The notes under the pieces are model-generated. The model saw nothing but the letters and a program-made list of their open reading frames with translations, did no database searches and was not told the origin of the DNA. This document shows positions 1-7,950 of a stretch of 64,000 nucleotides of DNA, piece by piece. This DNA comes from a virus. Each line of letters opens with the position of its first letter. Position 1 is the first letter of the stretch. The stretch is taken from the IMG/VR virus record IMGVR_UViG_3300045988_066341, one strand, 5' to 3'. A program made the position numbers and the translations under genes.

Positions 1-2
1 AT

Positions 3-185
3 AATATCGTAAGGGCTAGAGACGAGAATATTCACCATGCTGTTTATACAGCTATATATGATTATCTTGAGAAAATAAAGAGAGATAATAATGAGCTAAG
101 CGCAAAAGATTGGATATTATTCACATCTATAATCTTATCTATTTTCGCAATGGGATTTGCAGGTGGATGGTTGGTATTTAATTGA
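3..185 (+). CDS. 3' end of a CDS entering from upstream; hydrophobic C-terminal helix (..WILFTSIILSIFAMGFAGGWLVFN*)
   Basis: Frame is open from the window edge to TGA 183-185 (hand translation); too short for the ORF track. Confidence 0.35.
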   Translation, partial: NIVRARDENIHHAVYTAIYDYLEKIKRDNNELSAKDWILFTSIILSIFAMGFAGGWLVFN

Positions 186-192
186 TTAAATC

Positions 193-564
193 ATGGGTAA
201 TTTAAAAGACATACAAGATATAACCGGTCTTACGTCAGAAGCTATATTCAATATACGTAAACCTGTTGATTATATGTGCAGTGATATAGATAGCCATATA
301 AAAGATATCAGGACACAATGTGATTATATTATGGATGGGGATGAGGAGGATGTTAAATACTATTCAAAATCAATCAAATCAGACGTAGATTCTTATTTCG
401 AGGATATACGGTCAAAGGTCGAGAATCTCCGTGATTGGGGAGAGCAGTGGAAAGTACTGGCTAAAGACCTGTTTAATAAGCTGCTGGAAATAGATAGCGA
501 TAATACTATAGACAGCTATCTGTCTTATAAGGCATTGAATAAAATCAGGGAACATTTAAAATAA
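193..564 (+). CDS. hypothetical protein, acidic, 123 aa
   Basis: ORF track; ATG start 8 nt after the previous stop; part of a tightly packed same-strand block. Confidence 0.6.
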   Translation: MGNLKDIQDITGLTSEAIFNIRKPVDYMCSDIDSHIKDIRTQCDYIMDGDEEDVKYYSKSIKSDVDSYFEDIRSKVENLRDWGEQWKVLAKDLFNKLLEIDSDNTIDSYLSYKALNKIREHLK

Positions 565-574
565 AATTATAAAC

Positions 575-790
575 ATGAATAAAAGAAAAATCAAAAAAAG
601 ACTCCATTTAAATAATAAAGAATTTCAAACCTTATTTCGTTCAGGCAAGAAATACTTTAGATATGCGATAAATAATCTATGTCTTGCTTTTGGATGTTCT
701 TCATTAGAATATTGGATATACTTCTTTGAAGGTAAAAGAGTTGATGGGAGTATATATTATAAAAGCATTTCACGACTAGTTCTTAGATAA
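575..790 (+). CDS. hypothetical protein, basic N-terminus, 71 aa
   Basis: ORF track; ATG start; compact spacing. Confidence 0.5.
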   Translation: MNKRKIKKRLHLNNKEFQTLFRSGKKYFRYAINNLCLAFGCSSLEYWIYFFEGKRVDGSIYYKSISRLVLR

Positions 791-815
791 TGATAAATTA
801 ACAAAATAAATAGAC

Positions 816-1400
816 ATGAGCAAATTACTATTTTTTGATTTAGAGACAACCGGGGTTAAGTTCTGGAGAAACGGGATACACCAAATAGGAGGGATCGTGG
901 ATATCGACGGGCAGGAGGCCGAGAGGTTTGACATTCGCCTAGCCCCGAACCCTGCCGCCACGATAGAGCAAGAGGCGCTGGACGTGGCTGGCGTTACCTT
1001 GGAGCAGATACAGTCGTATCAACCTATGGAAGAAGGGTACAGGCAGTTAGTTGGTATATTATCCAAATACGTGAATAAGTTCGACAAGAGGGATAAAATG
1101 TATTTAGTGGGGTATAACAACGCTGGATTCGATAACAACTTCCTACGGGCTTTATTCCAGCAATGTGGGGATAAGTATTTCGGATCATGGTTCTATCCTA
1201 ACTGTATGGATGTATATGTTATGGTGACACCGTTCCTGATGGGTGTAAGAAACGATATGGAGAACTTTAAGTTGATGACCGTAGCCAGAACTATGGGTAT
1301 TGAGATCGACGAGAATAAGCTTCATGACGCCACTTACGATATTGAGCTGACTAGGGATATTTTCTATCGTATAATTGGCAAAATGGACATTAAGCTATGA
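816..1400 (+). CDS. DEDDh (DnaQ-like) 3'-5' exonuclease
   Basis: Exo I LLFFDLETTG, Exo II GYNNAGFDNNFL and Exo III HDATYDIELT motifs in the canonical order. Confidence 0.8.
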   Translation: MSKLLFFDLETTGVKFWRNGIHQIGGIVDIDGQEAERFDIRLAPNPAATIEQEALDVAGVTLEQIQSYQPMEEGYRQLVGILSKYVNKFDKRDKMYLVGYNNAGFDNNFLRALFQQCGDKYFGSWFYPNCMDVYVMVTPFLMGVRNDMENFKLMTVARTMGIEIDENKLHDATYDIELTRDIFYRIIGKMDIKL

Positions 1401-1502
1401 GGGACATTTTAGAGGCGATGCATGATTACCCGGATGAGGCGCTTGGGTTGTGTTTCTTTTTGATAGTGATTGTCTGGTTGTTGTCAGGTATATTCGAGAA
1501 AA

Positions 1503-1733
1503 ATGGATGATAAGATTAATGAGATACTGGATCTCCTGAGATCTCAGAACGAGATGATTAAGGATATCCACGATTATGTGAAAGAAGTTACCAGCGAGAA
1601 ATATATAGGGGAGTATAGAATGACCAGCTTCTCTATCAACTTGGCCGCTGATATACTTACCGAAGCCATTAGCCCTAAGATAAAAGGGATGATGGTGGAT
1701 TTATTAAGGAAACAGGGATGGAAAACCGAATGA
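1503..1733 (+). CDS. hypothetical protein, 76 aa
   Basis: ORF track 1470-1733 begins at a TTG; first ATG (MDDKINEILDLL..) is at 1503. Confidence 0.5.
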   Translation: MDDKINEILDLLRSQNEMIKDIHDYVKEVTSEKYIGEYRMTSFSINLAADILTEAISPKIKGMMVDLLRKQGWKTE

Positions 1734-1736
1734 GAC

Positions 1737-2192
1737 ATGGGAACATATGAGAAGAAGGTAAATCAGTTAAAAGATTTGATGGTAAGGAAATACAAATCGG
1801 CTTACAACAAATCCAAGGAAATGGACATAGATATAAGCTCGATGACATATCTTCCAGAACCGGACGTATTCAATGTTATGTACACTGAGCATATGTCCGT
1901 TATTCTTGATCGGGTTAATAAGATCATAGATGATAACAAGGATAAGCTTAAGAATCCGACTTGTTCTACATGCGTACATCTGCATGATAATGATTGGGCG
2001 AAAAGATACGGGAAGGTATGTTGCTCTATTTGGCAAGTGTGCGACCATTATATAAACCCTAATAGAAAATATAATAGGGAGCAAAAGACTTATGCGAGAC
2101 GGCCAAGCAATAAGGCTTGTCCTAATTATGAGTATGGTGATGATAATTTTGAAAACAGAAGAAGATGTATAAAAGAAAAGAATACCCAATAA
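1737..2192 (+). CDS. hypothetical Cys-rich protein, 151 aa
   Basis: ORF track; CSTCVH..CCSIWQVCDH..ACPNY cysteine pattern. Confidence 0.55.
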   Translation: MGTYEKKVNQLKDLMVRKYKSAYNKSKEMDIDISSMTYLPEPDVFNVMYTEHMSVILDRVNKIIDDNKDKLKNPTCSTCVHLHDNDWAKRYGKVCCSIWQVCDHYINPNRKYNREQKTYARRPSNKACPNYEYGDDNFENRRRCIKEKNTQ

Positions 2193-2677
2193 AGAGCTAT
2201 GTGCCGATGCGCACCAACAAGGATAGGACGTGTATCTGCTGTGGCGATACGATCCCAGCCGGCAGCAGCAGGATGATACCTAGACACGCTAAGGCAAATC
2301 ACGGTCTATGTTTCCCGTGCTTCAGGAAATGGAGAGATACCGGAGGAGATCTTAAGCTTATGAACAACCCAGGAGATGCGAAGAAAGAATATGTCATACA
2401 TATGTCTAATATCCTGAAAGGGAATTGTGATATAATAAAAGGTCGAAAGCTTTACGTGGCTTTTAAAAAGGCGATAAACGGCGGAAAGAAGATCGTTATC
2501 AAATTTGACACTGATCAACCGATATCTATGTCAACAAGAGTCATGAATCCTTCATTCGGGGAGATTATGGATGAGTACGGCAAGGACATATTCCAAGGTA
2601 ATCTCAAACTGGTAGATGTCCCAAAAGGAGTTAAAGACTTGATAGTTAGCTATATAGAAAAATATCGTAAATTATGA
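2165..2677 (+). CDS. hypothetical protein with a CxxC..CxxC zinc-finger-like N-terminus, 170 aa
   Basis: ORF track; CICCGD...CFPCF; an alternative non-overlapping ATG at 2207. Confidence 0.55.
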   Translation: MYKRKEYPIKSYVPMRTNKDRTCICCGDTIPAGSSRMIPRHAKANHGLCFPCFRKWRDTGGDLKLMNNPGDAKKEYVIHMSNILKGNCDIIKGRKLYVAFKKAINGGKKIVIKFDTDQPISMSTRVMNPSFGEIMDEYGKDIFQGNLKLVDVPKGVKDLIVSYIEKYRKL

Positions 2678-2780
2678 ACTTCAAGACATTTATATTCATG
2701 ATCCTGACATTCAGGAGAGTAGATCCTATACCTAGGAATATAGGTCTTATGTTAAGTACAACGTTCTGGATATCTATAGT

Positions 2781-3275
2781 ATGGATAATATCCAACTTTA
2801 CTATATTGATAATGAGATTAATAAAATAGACAAGATGAAACAAGGAGACGTGATATACAAGAATGGTGTGGAGCTGCTTGTGGTATTAAGCTACGACCAT
2901 AATGAACCATGTAAGGGTTGCTTCTTCTACGAGGATAAGGCGTGCGGATCAGAAAGACTGATAAAATGCTGGGATTGTAAAAAGGAATATATATTCACGG
3001 CTATACGTAAATATAATACGACTGAACTGTGCGGAATAGTAAAAAGATATGAGGAGACGTATAAGATAATACTTAAAACAATCAAGAAGATTGAGAAAGA
3101 ATGTCAAAAATATGTTATCTGGGATACTGTGCATGTGATGTTGAAAGATGATGGAGAGCTTATTATAAAAGCCTTATCCAAGGATAAGTCCGTGCTTTTA
3201 AATGATTTCATTATATACATCAACAATAATGGGAGTATAGACGAAGAGGACTATGATCTATTATTAACTAAATAA
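2781..3275 (+). CDS. hypothetical Cys-rich protein, 164 aa
   Basis: ORF track; CKGCFFYEDKACGSERLIKCWDC; alternative ATG at 2835. Confidence 0.55.
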   Translation: MDNIQLYYIDNEINKIDKMKQGDVIYKNGVELLVVLSYDHNEPCKGCFFYEDKACGSERLIKCWDCKKEYIFTAIRKYNTTELCGIVKRYEETYKIILKTIKKIEKECQKYVIWDTVHVMLKDDGELIIKALSKDKSVLLNDFIIYINNNGSIDEEDYDLLLTK

Positions 3276-3287
3276 TTGATAGTACAA

Positions 3288-3680
3288 ATGGACAAATCAA
3301 ACAAAATAGAGAATCTAGCAAACAAGTATGTTGAAAGGCATATAAGAGATAGACATCTAAGCGATGATACGATAAAAGAAATAAAAATAGCTTATATTAT
3401 GATTATAAAAGATTTTATAGCTATTGTCGATAAATCTACATCAATGAATGAAGATGATATAATATACGTCGTTAACAACATATCATCAATATTATATGAA
3501 CCTGTAGAAATCTCTAATACCGATAAAAAAATATTGGAGATAGGGATAGCGCTAGGCCTAAAGAGCGCCATATCATGTATATTTGGTTCATTATTAAAAG
3601 ATGATTGCAATATAAAAGATGAGATAATTGATATATCTAAACATATAAAAGAAAAATTAATATCAGATAATCATGGATAA
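3288..3680 (+). CDS. hypothetical protein, 130 aa
   Basis: ORF track 3276-3680 starts at a TTG; first ATG at 3288. Confidence 0.5.
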   Translation: MDKSNKIENLANKYVERHIRDRHLSDDTIKEIKIAYIMIIKDFIAIVDKSTSMNEDDIIYVVNNISSILYEPVEISNTDKKILEIGIALGLKSAISCIFGSLLKDDCNIKDEIIDISKHIKEKLISDNHG

Positions 3681-4116
3681 TAAACAACTTTATAAAATAA
3701 CGTTGACAAGGGAGCAGCTAATGCTGATATCCCAATGCGTGGAAGACATCAGTAGATTCGCCGCTGGCGACATGGACCTACAACATACGACAGATACGTT
3801 GATAAATGATATGGATGGAGCGGAAACGCTGGGGATAAGAAGCTTTATAGTCAATAACTCACGAGCGATAAGAAGAAGACTGTTCCCTGATCTTGGGGAT
3901 TATGAGCATATAGGATATGATGGGGGTAGTAAGGATAAGATAAATAGGAAGAGACTTATCGGTAACACCTACCAGATATATAGGTCGATATTACATCAGT
4001 TGGCCATTGACGAGAACTGGAATAACGTGTATAGCGGTATTACGTTACCTTCAGGTGATATGGGAACAATTAAAGTGGAGAGGGTTGATGATGAACGGGA
4101 AAGTAAGGGCGTTTAA
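3673..4116 (+). CDS. hypothetical protein, 147 aa
   Basis: ORF track; 8-nt overlap with the previous gene. Confidence 0.55.
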   Translation: MDNKQLYKITLTREQLMLISQCVEDISRFAAGDMDLQHTTDTLINDMDGAETLGIRSFIVNNSRAIRRRLFPDLGDYEHIGYDGGSKDKINRKRLIGNTYQIYRSILHQLAIDENWNNVYSGITLPSGDMGTIKVERVDDERESKGV

Positions 4117-4864
4117 CGGGGATATGGGTATGGCGATGTCCGTATTCAAGGATATGGTAGGGAAGGTAAGATTTGTTTTTGCCGACCCTCCTTATAAGAT
4201 AACCCAGGCAAGATACGACAAGGAGGGATTTGATTATAAGGCGATGTGGGAGGTAATCCAAAAAATGCTGTGTCCGTACGGGGTGGTAGCCGTCACCTGT
4301 TCCCTCACGGCGGCGGTCGAGATCATGAGGGTCGCCCCAGCGGGATGGTACCGGTACGACCTTGTTTGGCATAAGACTACCCCTACCGGTTTTCTTAACG
4401 CCAAGAAAGCTCCATTAAGAAATCATGAGTTGATACTTATCTTCTCACCTATGCCACTTGGGAAGCATACATATAACCCTCAAAAGACTTATGGTCACGC
4501 AAGGAAAGTATCCAAAGCCTCCAGCAAAGTAAGATGCAAGGAAACGGAGCTATATGGCAAAGCTGGTCTAACTACATACGATAGCACGGAGAGATATCCG
4601 CTATCGGTCATGACGTTCAAGACAGACAAGCAGAAATCGGCCATCCATCCCAACCAGAAGCCGGTGGAGTTATTAAGACACCTGATACGGACATATACGA
4701 ATCCGGGGGATACGGTAATGGATCCGGTAGCAGGAAGCGGAACGACAGGTATAGTGGCTTACGAGGAGGGAAGGGACTGCCTGCTTATGGAGATAGACCG
4801 TCAATTCTTTAATGAGATGATAAACAGATTTAATAACAATAACATTAAAACAGATAGAATATGA
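4088..4864 (+). CDS. DNA methyltransferase, beta-class N6A/N4C (N6_N4_Mtase type)
   Basis: FADPPY (motif IV) precedes VMDPVAGSGTTG (motif I). The N-terminal 27 codons of track ORF 4007-4864 overlap the previous gene, so ATG 4088 was chosen. Confidence 0.85.
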   Translation: MMNGKVRAFNGDMGMAMSVFKDMVGKVRFVFADPPYKITQARYDKEGFDYKAMWEVIQKMLCPYGVVAVTCSLTAAVEIMRVAPAGWYRYDLVWHKTTPTGFLNAKKAPLRNHELILIFSPMPLGKHTYNPQKTYGHARKVSKASSKVRCKETELYGKAGLTTYDSTERYPLSVMTFKTDKQKSAIHPNQKPVELLRHLIRTYTNPGDTVMDPVAGSGTTGIVAYEEGRDCLLMEIDRQFFNEMINRFNNNNIKTDRI

Positions 4865-5232
4865 ATAAGATTGAAGAACTGGAAAATAAGTTGAAGGAAG
4901 AAAGAAGCAAGATGCAGGCTAATCTAAAAGAGAACTATAAATGGGTTGTTGGGAAATACGTCAAATTCGATGAATCTTCTATAATGAGAATAGATAATCT
5001 ACGTTATATTCCTATAAATACCATAGAAGATTATTACAAAAATGAGCTGGATCCAAATGACGCTATTTACGTAGATGGCCTTCTGACTCATTATAATGTA
5101 GAGGACAATTATTATTCTTTGGCAAAACATAAAAACATACAGATAAAGATAAGAAATATAATAGAGCCTGATGATGAATTTGAGAATCTGGTAGAACGGT
5201 TGTTTAATGATGCAAAAAAGAACTTGCTATGA
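4861..5232 (+). CDS. hypothetical protein, 123 aa
   Basis: ORF track; ATGA start/stop overlap with the methyltransferase gene. Confidence 0.55.
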   Translation: MNKIEELENKLKEERSKMQANLKENYKWVVGKYVKFDESSIMRIDNLRYIPINTIEDYYKNELDPNDAIYVDGLLTHYNVEDNYYSLAKHKNIQIKIRNIIEPDDEFENLVERLFNDAKKNLL

Positions 5233-5507
5233 GCCTGTTTGTATGCGCTAAATGCGGTTGTGTCGATAATACCGCCACGTCTAGTTACTGGATGTTGACA
5301 AACGAGTATATGGTGGACAAATTCGAGTATGCCAAGGAACTACAGCCGTACAAGGGCATGGGGCTGTGCAGCGAATGCGGGAGGCTGGCTACCAGCCCTG
5401 ACGGCCGTGATGTCGTGGTGCCCGGAAAATGGCACGGGAAGTTCCCGAAGAAGAAAGCTACCGAAGAGCAGATGAAGAAAGTAGGACACAAAAATTTAAT
5501 AAGATAA
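5229..5507 (+). CDS. hypothetical zinc-ribbon protein, 92 aa
   Basis: CAKCGC...CSECG; ATGA overlap with the previous gene. Confidence 0.55.
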   Translation: MSLFVCAKCGCVDNTATSSYWMLTNEYMVDKFEYAKELQPYKGMGLCSECGRLATSPDGRDVVVPGKWHGKFPKKKATEEQMKKVGHKNLIR

Positions 5508-5518
5508 ATAAAGAGAAT

Positions 5519-5869
5519 ATGGCAATAATAGGAATAGATTTCGATGGGACATGCGTGACAGACTTATTCCCTTATGTAGGAGACAATATCGGAGCCGCTA
5601 GCGTATTGAGGAAACTAGCTGATAAGAATCTTCTGATATTATATACGGTAAGAGATGGTAAATATCTACAGGATGCCGTGGACTGGTTTAAATATAATCA
5701 TATCAATCTGTATTCGGTAAACTACAATCCTGAGCCAGTATCATCATCACCAAAATTGTATTGTGATTATTATATAGATGATAGGAATATCGGCACGCCA
5801 CTTACGGATAAAGGATATGTTGATTGGAATAAGATGTTGGAGCTATTAAGGCAAAAGAACTTATTATGA
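5519..5869 (+). CDS. small HAD-superfamily hydrolase-like protein, 116 aa
   Basis: Motif I IGIDFDGTCV (DxDGT), later T-x-R and YIDDRNIG; ATG 5519 chosen inside track ORF 5429-5869. Confidence 0.6.
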   Translation: MAIIGIDFDGTCVTDLFPYVGDNIGAASVLRKLADKNLLILYTVRDGKYLQDAVDWFKYNHINLYSVNYNPEPVSSSPKLYCDYYIDDRNIGTPLTDKGYVDWNKMLELLRQKNLL

Positions 5870-5982
5870 AGATAATAAAAATGAATATCAAAAGATATAA
5901 GGAGATTATAAGAAAAAAGGATATACTAACACGAGCCTTATCAGAGGCTCATAAATTAAACAAATCAATAATATGGGAATGA
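5866..5982 (+). CDS. possible small ORF, 38 aa
   Basis: Hand translation MKIIKMNIKRYKEII..; ATGA overlaps at both ends fill the gap between neighbours. Confidence 0.3.
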   Translation: MKIIKMNIKRYKEIIRKKDILTRALSEAHKLNKSIIWE

Positions 5983-6239
5983 AATATTATACTGAAGCGG
6001 GAGTCGAATGCACCCCAGAAGAATGTAAGCTGATTGACTCATTAAATAGATTAGCGAAGAAATGGGAGAAGGACGGCAAACGTCTTTGGTTGTATTCCGC
6101 TAGTGGAGTTCTTACCGTTATGATGCATGGTGATAGGGAAGATAACCCTATACCTGAGATGCTTCCTAACGCAGGGACAAATCCAGATAATATTATAACT
6201 ACAATATTAGGAATAGGTAATGATGGAGGAGATTGGTAA
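5973..6239 (+). CDS. hypothetical protein, 88 aa
   Basis: ORF track. Confidence 0.5.
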   Translation: MGMKYYTEAGVECTPEECKLIDSLNRLAKKWEKDGKRLWLYSASGVLTVMMHGDREDNPIPEMLPNAGTNPDNIITTILGIGNDGGDW

Positions 6240-6253
6240 GCAAATTATAATTC

Positions 6254-6700
6254 ATGAAAATAGGAGAACAGACAATAGTATTTTTAGCCGTGAACAAAAA
6301 CGGTGACGAGGTTATTCTTAACAACGCCCCCGCTCGGCAAGGAGAGATATGGACGGACGAGAGGTCAGCGCACGACGAGGAATATTTCTCTGTCGAGGAT
6401 CACAATTCAGCGATCGTACTTCCAAGAGGTACAATCTATAAGTTAGCAGGTAGGCACCTGACGTGGGAGGATGACCCTATATCTCTTAAATCATTCACTG
6501 AGGAACGCCCTCATATAGATATTGAGCTTTGCAAAAAGGAATTTTTCTTATTAGATGAAGAACTGGAAAGTTTTAAAGAATTTTTGAATGATTCTACAAA
6601 AAACATCTATCATTCTATTGATGGAGTAAAAATTGTCAAATCAGAAAATGGGGGACTTTGCGGAGTAGGCAGAATACCTCATCGTCTAAGAACTTTATAA
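6254..6700 (+). CDS. hypothetical protein, 148 aa
   Basis: ORF track; C-terminal FFLLDEELESFKEFLND is paralogous to the start of the next gene. Confidence 0.5.
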   Translation: MKIGEQTIVFLAVNKNGDEVILNNAPARQGEIWTDERSAHDEEYFSVEDHNSAIVLPRGTIYKLAGRHLTWEDDPISLKSFTEERPHIDIELCKKEFFLLDEELESFKEFLNDSTKNIYHSIDGVKIVKSENGGLCGVGRIPHRLRTL

Positions 6701-6710
6701 AATTACAAAT

Positions 6711-6935
6711 ATGAAGACAGCAAAAGATTATCAACAAGAGTTTAGATTAAAGGATGATGAGTTAGCTCAATTCGATGAGTTCTTAAATGATCCTAAACGT
6801 ACATGCTTCCATGGAAAAGAATATTTAATATATAAAGATCCTGATCCAGAAGGGAGTTTTATAATAGTTGGTGTTAATTTCAGGATATTACCAACCGGAA
6901 CTCCTATAGTTACAAAAGATGGATCTGTAATTTAA
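6711..6935 (+). CDS. hypothetical protein, 74 aa
   Basis: ORF track; FRLKDDELAQFDEFLND shared with 6254-6700. Confidence 0.5.
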   Translation: MKTAKDYQQEFRLKDDELAQFDEFLNDPKRTCFHGKEYLIYKDPDPEGSFIIVGVNFRILPTGTPIVTKDGSVI

Positions 6936-6965
6936 TGATGGGTAATTATATAATAAATTATATTT

Positions 6966-7139
6966 ATGAAAAGTAATAAGAAACAAAAAGAACTGGAAGA
7001 AAGGTTAGCTTATTTAATAGATAAACCTTTCTTAACGAAAGAGGAACATGATGAGATGGTAAGAATTGGCAATGAGTTGCCAAAGTCTCCTCCTACTACG
7101 CTCTCTTTTAATATTCGCCTTGATAAAATGGCTAAATAA
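6966..7139 (+). CDS. possible small ORF, 57 aa
   Basis: Hand translation MKSNKKQKELEERLAYLIDKPF..; fills an otherwise empty gap. Confidence 0.4.
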   Translation: MKSNKKQKELEERLAYLIDKPFLTKEEHDEMVRIGNELPKSPPTTLSFNIRLDKMAK

Positions 7140-7164
7140 TCACATATCATTTAAATTTTGAATC

Positions 7165-7688
7165 ATGAAAAAGTGTAAATTGTTAATAACAGATTTAGAC
7201 GGGACACTGATTGAGACAGTGTCAGGGGATACATTCCCTAAAGGTATATGGGATATGAAAATAAAACTCGACGTGTTTGAGGCTATCAAAAATTACGCTC
7301 CTGATGACATCCTAATCATATCAAATCAGGGAGGTATAGAAAAGGCTTCGTGGACAAAGAGATGTTTGAATATAAATTCGATTACATATCAAATGCCTTG
7401 GAAGATTATACAGATGTATCCGTAAGTGCTTATTACTGCGAAAGCAATAATAAACGCAACATCAATAGGAAGCCAAATATAGGGATGATAAAAGAGTATA
7501 TGGATTTCATAGAATACATGAATAACGATGAAGATGAGGAAGAAAAGATCGTATACGATACTATCTTGATGATTGGGGATGCTTCCGGGAAAGAAGGACA
7601 GTTCTCCGACTCCGATAAGAAGACGGCGGAAAACTTCGGGTGTGAGTATATGGATGTGGATGATTTTGTGGATAAATATAAAGACTGA
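7165..7688 (+). pseudogene. HAD-superfamily phosphatase (PNK 3'-phosphatase / HisB-like subfamily) split by a 1-nt frameshift near 7341-7350
   Basis: Motif I LITDLDGTL and motif II ISNQGGI are in frame 1. The rest (..FEYKF.., IGDASG..SDSDKKTA) is in frame 3. One extra G at GAAAAGG would read IEKGFVDKEMF continuously. Confidence 0.65.
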
Positions 7689-7700
7689 TAACGAAAATAA

Positions 7701-7730
7701 GAAGGATAGGGTGATGATCTCCTATCCTTC
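7701..7730. terminator. perfect 10-bp hairpin at the convergent junction of the + and - blocks
   Basis: GAAGGATAGG-N10-CCTATCCTTC, 13 nt after the last + strand stop. Confidence 0.55.
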
Positions 7731-7950
7731 TATTATTATGTAAATCCATTTTTGGATTACATTAAGCATCAATAGTATAACTATTTATTTATACTCATCT
7801 TTCTTTCCTTGTTATCAAACATTCCATGCAAAATACAGTTATCATATATACAATTGTTGATCTTCCCTCAGTAGGGTTTTTACCATTTTGGGTAAAAACT
7901 TTATAATCAATATCTTTAATGAACCTATTATCACCAGTAAGCGCTCTCAG

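Noticed and set aside
1731-1739. A third TGA read-through between 1470-1733 and 1737-2192 (same frame, TGA-GAC-ATG)
   Set aside because: The downstream gene has its own ATG two codons after the stop. One in three adjacent gene pairs share a frame by chance, and no conserved motif spans the junction.
7341-7350. Programmed -1 ribosomal frameshift in the HAD phosphatase gene
   Set aside because: There is no slippery X-XXY-YYZ heptamer and no obvious downstream stimulatory structure. A 1-nt indel in a homopolymer run is the simpler explanation.
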